Source of the DNA: Myxococcales bacterium
GTDB taxonomy: Bacteria > Myxococcota_A > Polyangia > Polyangiales > DASUME01
Direction of reading: 5' to 3'
Assembly (NCBI GenBank): GCA_047601445.1
Contig: JASGJH010000001.1
Location: forward strand, 5,792,001 to 5,856,000
Length of the DNA stretch: 64,000 nucleotides
Shown: piece by piece, positions 56,460-64,000 of the stretch
Layout of the letters: each line of letters starts with the position of its first letter
Numbering within the stretch: the stretch's first letter is position 1
Position numbers and translations under genes: made by a program
The notes under the pieces: model-generated
Database searches by the model: none
What the model saw: only the letters and a program-made list of their open reading frames with translations
Told to the model about the DNA's origin: nothing

Positions 56460-57346
56460 GGCACACGGAAGCGAAAGGCCAAGCTCCCTGCACCACGACC
56501 TGCGCCCTCACGTGTGTCGCTCGGCAGGGCGATGCCGCTCGCTCGCTCGAGCGAACGGCCATTCAACCAGGCCTGCACTTCGTAATGAGAACTCGCCTCC
56601 TCGCACAGCGAGGCACTCGCCACCCGCACCGTGTACTCGCCCGCCACTGGCGCACTCGTCCACGACACGTTCTCCTCGCGTCGCCCATCGATCACACAGC
56701 CTGCGTTCGAGTCGAAGTCGAGGACGCCACCGCTCTGCCAGGCACTCGGATCCTGCGCGGGCATGCCAGGACCCGGCGCCTTGTAGGAGTTGATGTCGCC
56801 CGCCCAGATCTCGCGGTTCTCCGGCGTGATGACGTGCAGGTCGAGGTCCACGTCGCTGTCCCAGCGCAGACGCACCACTAGCTGCACCTCGTCTTCGGCG
56901 GCCACGGCCTGCAAGGTCACGCGCTCGAGCGGGCCCACGCGACCCTGCGTATCCACGGCCGCCAGCTCCAGCTCGAGTGTCTCGCCGACCTCCACGTCTC
57001 GTGAGAAGGACAGGTTCGCCTCGTAGCTGGGCAAGTCGGGTTCCTCCAGCGTGGGCACCCCCGCCACCACCACCCAGTGACCCGTCTCGCCGCGCAGTCC
57101 CACCAGCAGCGCATTGCCATTCGCCGCCAGCGCCCCCGTGACGCGCTCGCTTCGCACCCCTGGCAGGATGTGATTGTGGGGGACGTGCACCGAAGCCACG
57201 CGCGGACCGTCGCCGCTCCGAGGCATCTTCTCAGGCACGAACTGGGCCCCCTCCACGCGCAGGCGCGCGCCAAGACCTGGGTCGTTCGAAGCCCCCACGC
57301 AGCTCGCGAGCCACCACAGCATCAACAGCATGCTCGCGCGGTGCAT
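56456..57346 (-). CDS. Lipoprotein with YfaP/DUF2135-like domain
   Basis: Lipobox LASC; LRWDSDVDLDLHVITP, GGVLDFDSN, ENVSW, GEYTVRV. Confidence 0.75.
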   Translation of the reverse strand: MHRASMLLMLWWLASCVGASNDPGLGARLRVEGAQFVPEKMPRSGDGPRVASVHVPHNHILPGVRSERVTGALAANGNALLVGLRGETGHWVVVAGVPTLEEPDLPSYEANLSFSRDVEVGETLELELAAVDTQGRVGPLERVTLQAVAAEDEVQLVVRLRWDSDVDLDLHVITPENREIWAGDINSYKAPGPGMPAQDPSAWQSGGVLDFDSNAGCVIDGRREENVSWTSAPVAGEYTVRVASASLCEEASSHYEVQAWLNGRSLERASGIALPSDTREGAGRGAGSLAFRFRVP

Positions 57347-58710
57347 CAAAACTCCACCTGTCCGCGCAGCGTGAGGGAGTCCATGGCCAGTGTGGTGGGC
57401 TTCCCGCTCTGGCTGCGTCCGAGCGGATTCTTCTGGTGGTCGTACTCGAGCGTGACGCGCGCGAAGGGCAGCGTGCACCACGCGAGTGCGACGGCCAAGG
57501 TGCCGTAGCTGGCATCCTTGACCACCAGGCGCGCCCCCTGGCGATCGTTGGCGTCGCGATCCGGATCGTAGCTGTCGTAGCGCGCCCCGAGTTCCAGGTG
57601 TCGCGTGATCTCCTGGCGCACGCCGAGCATCACGCCCAGCTCGCGCAGATTGCGCCCGAGCGCCACCGGATCCGCAGGATAGAGCGCGCGATCCAGATTG
57701 TTCGCCCAGACCAGCTCGCCATACAGCCTGCCTCGACCGAGCACGGGCCACTCGAAACTGAGCGCTGCGTCGCCCCCTAGCCCGAAGCGCTCGAAGTTCT
57801 GCGAGGCATCGCCGGGATTGCCCGGCATGCGCTGCAGCTCGGTGGGCTGCACGAGACCATCCTCGTTGGCGTCGCGAAAGACCACCGTGTCCTTGGTGGG
57901 CGCAGCGCCTGGATGAAAACCCTTCCCCCACAGGCCCGAGACGCCGATCTCCAAGGCCACCTTCTGGAACAGCTCTCCGCCCGCGCCGACGCGTCCCACG
58001 AAGTCCTTGGCGCGATTCGGATCGCGCTCCGGTAGGCTCGCGCTCTCGCTGGGGTTGCCGTTCATCACCGCCAGCGCGTAGCGCAAGAAGGACCACTCAC
58101 CTGCGATGCGTGCGCCCAGATCGCGACGGCCTGGAAACAGCGCCCGCACCCAGTTGCTCGGCTCCAGAAACAAGCGCCGATTGGCCTGCTCCGTGGTCTC
58201 GAAACCGAACGGGATCAGGAATAGTCCGAGCGTGGCCTGCACGTGGGGCCGCACGCTCTTGGGGTAACCCACTGACGCTTCGGCGCTGAACAGGCGCACT
58301 TGCGGGCCGTTGATGGTGTTGGCGTCGAGCACGACGCTTCCGCTCACGAGCCCATGGCGGGCATCGGCGCGCAAGCGGGCGCGGCGGATCACGAAGCGGT
58401 CTTCGTTGAGCGGCTGACGCGAGCCGGGGTCGAGCTCATCGATCGAGGACTGCTGATAGGTCACCGCGTCGACCTGCAGAAACCCGGACATGCGCACGCC
58501 ATCCGGCACGGGATCCGCGGTCGCGGTCGAACTCGTCGTCGTCGTCGAGCTGCTGGAGCTCTCAGCCGCAGGGGCACTGGGGGCCGGCGGACCCGGCTCG
58601 CCCGGGCTCACTTGCGCGCCTGCGGGCTTCGCGAGCGAAGCGCAGGTCAGCAGCGCCGCGAGCAGGCCGGCAAGCATCACGAAAGAGGTGCGTACGGCGC
58701 GGCGACTCAC
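57346..58710 (-). CDS. Porin (OprO/OprP-like)
   Basis: Signal peptide; FVIRRARLR, GLFLIPFGFE, RDLGAR, KDFVGRV; C-terminal F. Confidence 0.75.
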   Translation of the reverse strand: MSRRAVRTSFVMLAGLLAALLTCASLAKPAGAQVSPGEPGPPAPSAPAAESSSSSTTTTSSTATADPVPDGVRMSGFLQVDAVTYQQSSIDELDPGSRQPLNEDRFVIRRARLRADARHGLVSGSVVLDANTINGPQVRLFSAEASVGYPKSVRPHVQATLGLFLIPFGFETTEQANRRLFLEPSNWVRALFPGRRDLGARIAGEWSFLRYALAVMNGNPSESASLPERDPNRAKDFVGRVGAGGELFQKVALEIGVSGLWGKGFHPGAAPTKDTVVFRDANEDGLVQPTELQRMPGNPGDASQNFERFGLGGDAALSFEWPVLGRGRLYGELVWANNLDRALYPADPVALGRNLRELGVMLGVRQEITRHLELGARYDSYDPDRDANDRQGARLVVKDASYGTLAVALAWCTLPFARVTLEYDHQKNPLGRSQSGKPTTLAMDSLTLRGQVEF

Positions 58711-58973
58711 GGCAGGGGCGGCAGACCACCATCGGCGCCCAGCAACGGAAGCACCGGGTTCGCCTCCACGCGCTCGGCGTCGCTACAGGCGTTGATGATC
58801 TCGAGGTGCGTCTTCGGGTTGGCGAAGCAGTCCGGTGGGACCCCGGCATCGCTGCCCGCGTCGACGTGCTCGCCCGCGTCGGGCTCGAGGCTCGGGCCCG
58901 CGTTGTCCTTCTCGTCCCCACCGCAAGCCAGCAGGACCAGGCCGCACAGCGCGGCAAAATGAAGCTTCTTCAT
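58707..58973 (-). CDS. Small lipoprotein
   Basis: MKKLHFAALCGLVLLACGG with upstream GAGG RBS; CFANPKTHLEIINAC. Confidence 0.8.
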   Translation of the reverse strand: MKKLHFAALCGLVLLACGGDEKDNAGPSLEPDAGEHVDAGSDAGVPPDCFANPKTHLEIINACSDAERVEANPVLPLLGADGGLPPLP

Positions 58974-58978
58974 GGTGC

Positions 58979-60205
58979 TTACCTCGCCTCGCAGAAGTCG
59001 TGTCGGCAGACCCCGCTCGCACAGGGCGTCTGAGCGTCGCACGGGACGCAGCCCGCGGGCGTTGCCTTGGTGACGCGGCTCTCGTAGTGACAGCCGCAGG
59101 GTTCAGCCGGCTCGTAGAGGGAGAGCTCACCGCCCTCCACGCTGCGCGTCACGCGCATGGCGCAGTCGGGCACCAGACCCACGTCGGTCACGATGTCGAG
59201 CGCTTCGAAGTCCGCAGCGGGCTCGGTGTGGAGCCCCAGGATCGAGTCGATGAGGTACTTGGCGCGCGGATCGACCGGCGCGCCGGCGGTGTCCACCTTG
59301 GTGAGCCACACGGTGGGAGACCAGGGCACGTAATGGCCATCGCGCACGTTGCGCTTGTCGAAGGAGGTCGCGCTCGAGTCGGGATAGTACGCATAGCGCT
59401 GACCGTAGGCGCGGTAGGCGAGCACGTTCACCTGGTCGCGGTGCTGGTCGTAGAGCTCGACCCCGAGGATGCCGATGGACTTTTCGGGGTTGGTGGAAGC
59501 CGTCAGCGCGCTCAACACTTCGCTCGACTTGTCGAAGCGCTGGCCACGCCACTTGTCGGCCGGCACGCTGATGGCCGCCGCCATGCTGAGCAGCGTGCTC
59601 TTGGTCACCGTGCGGATGTACATGAAGGCTTCGTCGGTCCACGGCTCGGCCATGCCGCCGTTGCCGAACCCGAATACGAAGTAACCCTGCTCGGCCGTGA
59701 TGGACTTCTGCAGACTCGCCTCGGGCACCACGAACGAGTAGCCCTGCACCGGTCCCTGGAACAGCTTGATGCCCGCGGGCGGGATGGCCGGGTTGCAGGC
59801 CGACACGAACAGCGCGGAGTTGGCCACGTCGATGGCGTGGCCGCCGTCGGGGATGGTGCAGGTAGGCGAAGGATCCTTCGGCGTCCAGCCGGCGTTGGCC
59901 GTGCTCGACGGCACGTAGAAGGGGTTCTTGGTGATCTTGGTGTCGGCGTAGATCGCCTCGATGTTGGTGCAGGACCCTGACGTCACGTAGACGAGGGTCA
60001 TCGGCTGCACGGCCGAGTTCGCCAGGGCGCGCCCCAGGTTCTTCAACAGCGGTTCCTGCGTATCGCCCACCTGCAAGTAGATGGGATTCGGTAGGTCACC
60101 GCACGCCACGTCCTGGGCGTGCGCCACGCCGGTTAGCCCGGTCAAGGCACACAGCAGCCCGCACGCGGCAGCCAGAGCCCATCGGGCTCGCTTGGTCGCT
60201 CGCAT
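58979..60205 (-). CDS. Secreted Cys-rich putative substrate-binding protein (PstS/PBP-like)
   Basis: Signal ending AHA; YVTSGSCT, RTVTKST, SIGILG, NVRDGHY.PW; Cys-rich tail. Fold call is tentative. Confidence 0.6.
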   Translation of the reverse strand: MRATKRARWALAAACGLLCALTGLTGVAHAQDVACGDLPNPIYLQVGDTQEPLLKNLGRALANSAVQPMTLVYVTSGSCTNIEAIYADTKITKNPFYVPSSTANAGWTPKDPSPTCTIPDGGHAIDVANSALFVSACNPAIPPAGIKLFQGPVQGYSFVVPEASLQKSITAEQGYFVFGFGNGGMAEPWTDEAFMYIRTVTKSTLLSMAAAISVPADKWRGQRFDKSSEVLSALTASTNPEKSIGILGVELYDQHRDQVNVLAYRAYGQRYAYYPDSSATSFDKRNVRDGHYVPWSPTVWLTKVDTAGAPVDPRAKYLIDSILGLHTEPAADFEALDIVTDVGLVPDCAMRVTRSVEGGELSLYEPAEPCGCHYESRVTKATPAGCVPCDAQTPCASGVCRHDFCEAR

Positions 60206-60250
60206 CGTCACTCCTCTCAAGTCGCGAGGGGCTATCACGCTGCTGCACAT

Positions 60251-60413
60251 GGGTAAAGCAAAGCTGACTCGAAGACGCGTTTAATTTACTCCGGCAAAGA
60301 AGTCGAAATATGCGGGGGGCGAGCGTCTAGCCAGCAGCGTCACCGGGAGTCCCCGGCCGCCCGCGTCTAAATCCCGTGCGCCGGGGAGGGCATTCGGGTA
60401 AAGCAAACCTGAC
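60251..60413. promoter_or_regulatory. Pair of 18-bp operator-like boxes
   Basis: GGGTAAAGCAAAGCTGAC (60251-60268) and GGGTAAAGCAAACCTGAC (60396-60413), 17/18 identical. Confidence 0.8.
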
Positions 60414-61550
60414 ATGGCCTCTCAACTCGAGAATCGCGTGCGCACGCTGCGCGAGGCGCGCGGGCTCACCCAGGCTGCGCTGTGCGAGGCAGTGCAGATC
60501 AGCCGTCAGACCCTGAGCGCCATCGAGGCGGGTCGCAGTGAGCCCTCGGTCGCCATCGCCCTGGGCCTGGCCCGCGTGCTGGGCGCGCCGGTGGAAGAGG
60601 TGTTCTCGCTCGAAGGCAGCCGGGTGGTGGAAGCAGAGCTCGAGGGCGAGGCTCCACAGGCGAGCGGCGGCAGTGAGCGCGTCTTGCTGGCGAGCATCCA
60701 GGGCCGATGGGTGGCCCATCGCTTGAGCAAAGAGGAGAGCGCGCAGCGCGCCGCCGATGGCCTCCTGCTGCCCGCGAGCAAACCACTCACGAAGCAGCGT
60801 GCCCGCGTGGAGCTCCTGCGGCCGGAGTCGGAGGTTCGCGACACGCTGCTCCTGGCAGGTTGTGCGCCCGCGCTTGGGCTGCTGGCGGAGCGCACCAACC
60901 AACAGATGCGCGACCTGCGGGTGGTCTGGCTGCCGCGGGCCAGCGGCGCGGCCCTGGCGGCGCTCAAGGCGCGGCGCGCCCACGTGGCCGGTGTGCATTT
61001 CGTGGACGAGCGCAGCGGGCAGTTCAACGTGCCCGAGGTGAAAGAAGCGCTGCCCGGCAAGAAGCTCAGCTTGGTCACGCTGGCGCGCTGGCAGCAGGGG
61101 CTGCTGGTGGCGCGGGGCAATCCGCTCGGCATTCGCGGCGTGGAGGACCTGGCCCGCCCCGAGCTGCGCCTGCTGGCGCGCGAGGAGGGCTCGGGCGCGC
61201 GGCGTCTGCTCGAGGACAAGCTCAAGCGCGCGCGGCTGCCGGCCAAGCGTATCTTGAGTGCGGCGCGCGTGGTGGGTGGTCACATGGACGTGGCTCAGGG
61301 CATCGCGCTCGGCGCCGCCGACGTGGGCGTGGCCATGGAGGGTGCGGCGCTGGCATTCCAGCTCGACTTCGTGCCGCTGCACGAGGAGCGCTTCGACCTG
61401 GTGGTACCGCGCGAGATCCTCGACGATGCCCGCGTGGTGCGCTTGCTCGAGACGCTCTCGAGCGCGAGCTTTCGCCGCGAGCTCCAGGGGCTCGGCGGTT
61501 ACGATGTCGAGGGCGCAGGGGCGCTCGCGGCCGAGATAGGTGGCACATGA
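60414..61550 (+). CDS. XRE-HTH regulator fused to a molybdate-binding PBP-like domain
   Basis: NRVRTLREARGLTQ...ISRQTLSAIEAG HTH; C-terminal HVAGVH, REEGSGARRLL, H..VA, LDFVPL.EERFDLV. Confidence 0.88.
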   Translation: MASQLENRVRTLREARGLTQAALCEAVQISRQTLSAIEAGRSEPSVAIALGLARVLGAPVEEVFSLEGSRVVEAELEGEAPQASGGSERVLLASIQGRWVAHRLSKEESAQRAADGLLLPASKPLTKQRARVELLRPESEVRDTLLLAGCAPALGLLAERTNQQMRDLRVVWLPRASGAALAALKARRAHVAGVHFVDERSGQFNVPEVKEALPGKKLSLVTLARWQQGLLVARGNPLGIRGVEDLARPELRLLAREEGSGARRLLEDKLKRARLPAKRILSAARVVGGHMDVAQGIALGAADVGVAMEGAALAFQLDFVPLHEERFDLVVPREILDDARVVRLLETLSSASFRRELQGLGGYDVEGAGALAAEIGGT

Positions 61551-62407
61551 AGTCGTTGGCTGGTCTGGGATGGAGTCTCTTGTTGTTGGCCTGTGCGTGC
61601 GGACCCAAGGCCGCTGAGCCAGGTGCGCCCGCGCCGGACGCGTCGATACCGAAGGTGGCGGCACCCGCAGAGGTCCCCGTCATCCAGGTGGCGGCCGCCT
61701 CCGATCTCACGCCCGCCCTGCAGGCGATGGCGCCCGAGTTCGAGCGCGCCACGGGCAAGAAGGTTTCCCTGACCTTTGCCGCCACCGGCATCTTGGCCAA
61801 GCAGATCGCCGAAGGCGCGCCCTTCGACGTGTTCGCGGCGGCCAACGAGTCCTTCGTGGACCAGGTGATCGAAAAGGGCGCCTGCGACGCGAGCACCAAA
61901 GCGCCCTACTCGGAGGGACGCCTCGTGCTGTGGCAGCGCAAGGACGTCCAGGACCCCCTGCCCGACTGGCCCGCGCTCAAGAACGCCAAGTACAAACACA
62001 TCGCCATCGCCAACCCCGAGCACGCCCCTTACGGCAAGGCCGCCAAGCAGACCCTCGAGAAGCTCGACCTGTGGCAAGCAGTCGAGTCGCGCATCGTCTA
62101 CGGAGAGAACGTCAAGCAGACCATGCAATTCGCGGAGAGCGGCAACGCCGAGCTGGCCTTCGTCGGACTCTCGCTGGCGCTGGCGAGTGACGGCAACTAC
62201 CGCGAGGTGAGCCCCGAGCTCCACCAGCCCATCAAGCAGACCATCGTGGTCTGCAAAAACGGCAAGGCCCAGGCCGCAGGCAAGCTGTTCGCGGAGTACC
62301 TCAACAGCCCCGAAGGGCGGCGCGTGTTGAACGCGCACGGTATCCTGTTTCCCCACGAGTCACTGGCCGGCTCGGACAAGAAGCCAGACGCCGCAGCACC
62401 CAAGTGA
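61547..62407 (+). CDS. modA: Molybdate ABC substrate-binding lipoprotein
   Basis: AAASDL, ATGILAKQIAEGAPFDVF, NPEHAPYGKAA, GENVKQ. Confidence 0.95.
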   Translation: MKSLAGLGWSLLLLACACGPKAAEPGAPAPDASIPKVAAPAEVPVIQVAAASDLTPALQAMAPEFERATGKKVSLTFAATGILAKQIAEGAPFDVFAAANESFVDQVIEKGACDASTKAPYSEGRLVLWQRKDVQDPLPDWPALKNAKYKHIAIANPEHAPYGKAAKQTLEKLDLWQAVESRIVYGENVKQTMQFAESGNAELAFVGLSLALASDGNYREVSPELHQPIKQTIVVCKNGKAQAAGKLFAEYLNSPEGRRVLNAHGILFPHESLAGSDKKPDAAAPK

Positions 62408-63069
62408 GCTTCCAACCCCTCGCGCTCTCCTTTCAGATCGCCGTGATCGCGACCGTATTGGCGCTCCTGGTGGGCGTGTCGGTGGCGGCCATCGCGGCGC
62501 TCTGGCGCTCGCGGCTCGGGGACCTGCTCGACGCGCTGATCACGGCGCCCATGGTGCTGCCACCCACGGTGCTCGGATACTACTTGCTGGTGGCGCTCGG
62601 ACGTCAGAGCGTGATCGGCCGCGCCTTCGAGTCGCTCACCGGCTCCTCCATCGTGTTCACGCGCAGTGGTGCCGTGGTGGCCGCCACGTTCGGAGCGCTA
62701 CCCTTGATCACCAAGGCTGCCCGCGCCGCCATGGAAGACGTGGACCCGACGTTGGTCGCCGCCGCCCGCTCGCTCGGCGCCACCTCGCTGCGCGCCTTCA
62801 CCAGCGTGACCTTGCCCCTGGCCCGTGGTGGCATCGTGGCCGGGGCCACGCTCGGCTTCGCCCGGGCGCTGGGCGACTTCGGCGTCACGTTGATGCTGGC
62901 GGGCAACATCCCGGGCCTCACGCGCACGGCCTCGCTCGCCATCTACGACGCCGTGCAGGCCAATCGCGAGCAGGAGGCGCTCGGCATGGTGCTCGTGCTC
63001 AGCGCGCTCGCGCTGGCAACCCTCTACACAGTGAATCGCCTCCAGCGCCGGAGCTACCGTGGCCTCTGA
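62404..63069 (+). CDS. modB: Molybdate ABC permease
   Basis: PMVLPPTVLGYYLL, FARALGDFGVTLMLAGNIPG. Confidence 0.95.
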   Translation: MSFQPLALSFQIAVIATVLALLVGVSVAAIAALWRSRLGDLLDALITAPMVLPPTVLGYYLLVALGRQSVIGRAFESLTGSSIVFTRSGAVVAATFGALPLITKAARAAMEDVDPTLVAAARSLGATSLRAFTSVTLPLARGGIVAGATLGFARALGDFGVTLMLAGNIPGLTRTASLAIYDAVQANREQEALGMVLVLSALALATLYTVNRLQRRSYRGL

Positions 63070-63706
63070 GCTCGAGGTCGAGCTGCGCGTGCAGGCCGGG
63101 CGGCGTGCCAATCACGAGATCGCGCTCGAGCTACGCGTGCCCGCGGGAGTCAGCGCCTTGTGCGGGCCTTCGGGGATCGGCAAGACCACGGTGCTCAACG
63201 CCATCGCGGGTTTGTTTCGACCTGACATGGCCGAGATTCGCCTCGCCGAACGCACGCTGTTTTCGAGCCGGAGCGGGGTGGACTTGCCACCGGAGCGCCG
63301 CCGTGTGGGCTTCGTGTTCCAGAGCTTGGCCCTATTCCCTCATTTGAGTGCCATCGACAACGTCGCCTATGGCTTGCCCAAGACTACAACCGATCGCAGA
63401 CGCGAGGCCCAGCGCTGGCTCGAGCGCACGCAGGTTCCCCATCTGGCCCAGCGCAAGCCCAACACCTTCTCCGGCGGCGAAGCCCAGCGCGTGGCTCTCG
63501 CGCGCGCCCTCGCCAGCAGCCCGCAACTGCTCCTGCTGGACGAGCCGTTCACGGCCCTGGAAGAAGATCTGCGCGTGCGGCTGGGCGGCGAGGTCGTTCA
63601 GATCGTGTCCGAGCTCGGCATTCCATGTCTGCTCGTAACGCACGACCGGGCCGAGGCTGGACGTCTGGCACAAAGGATCTTCGAGCTACGCGCCGGCGGA
63701 CGTTGA
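63059..63706 (+). CDS. modC: Molybdate ABC ATPase (short form, no TOBE domain)
   Basis: GPSGIGKT, LPPERRRVG, FSGGEAQR, LLLLDEP, VTHD. Confidence 0.92.
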   Translation: MASELEVELRVQAGRRANHEIALELRVPAGVSALCGPSGIGKTTVLNAIAGLFRPDMAEIRLAERTLFSSRSGVDLPPERRRVGFVFQSLALFPHLSAIDNVAYGLPKTTTDRRREAQRWLERTQVPHLAQRKPNTFSGGEAQRVALARALASSPQLLLLDEPFTALEEDLRVRLGGEVVQIVSELGIPCLLVTHDRAEAGRLAQRIFELRAGGR

Positions 63707-63716
63707 AGGGCAACTA

Positions 63717-63992
63717 TTAGTTGCGGTTGCTCTCGAGTTCGCTGTGGACGTGCTCCTGCTCGCGGCGCGCATGCAGCACCAGCAGCGCCTGACCCAGTGT
63801 GTTCCATACGCTCTCCACGCTCTCGGCATCGAAGCGCAGCGTGAGCGGGCCGAAGTGCAACGACAGTGTGTTGCAATGGGCACAGCGTTGGACGTGTAGC
63901 GAGTGGCTGCGCGCCAACGTCTCCAGTCGGCAGCCTTCGGCACGTTGGCCGTTTGGTCGTGGGCTCAGATGGCCGAGGACTCCGGATTTCAT
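63717..63992 (-). CDS. Small hypothetical protein with CxxC
   Basis: CAHCNTLSLHFGPLTLRF; start uncertain near the window edge. Confidence 0.5.
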   Translation of the reverse strand: MKSGVLGHLSPRPNGQRAEGCRLETLARSHSLHVQRCAHCNTLSLHFGPLTLRFDAESVESVWNTLGQALLVLHARREQEHVHSELESNRN

Positions 63993-64000
63993 GCGGCTCA

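Overview
High-GC bacterial chromosomal DNA, almost certainly from a myxobacterium (Myxococcota). This is inferred from membrane Ser/Thr kinases, many Cys-rich lipoproteins, a DUF1552/DUF1592-type pair and Myxococcus-type LexA boxes. About 50 genes are supported: a kinase/FecR/surface-protein cluster, uvrB, uppS-cdsA, a DnaJ-class protein, a parS cluster (so probably origin-proximal), frameshifted bioF, bioD, serC, an SPL-like radical SAM gene, Slt, orphan dppBC, aguAB, TetR-linked lipid enzymes, lnt, MMPL-apbE, serpin/M66 protease and modABC. Best leads: (1) an unannotated ~90-nt sigma54-type sRNA with two poly-C loops, Pxr-like in design (26975-27066, minus); (2) a lipoprotein with Fam20C/Four-jointed-type kinase motifs; (3) a six-gene binding protein/porin/TonB-receptor operon sharing an 18-bp operator with a divergent XRE-molybdate sensor and modABC; (4) a 184-bp MITE-like element in a stop codon. 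All family calls come from remembered motifs; no searches were run.
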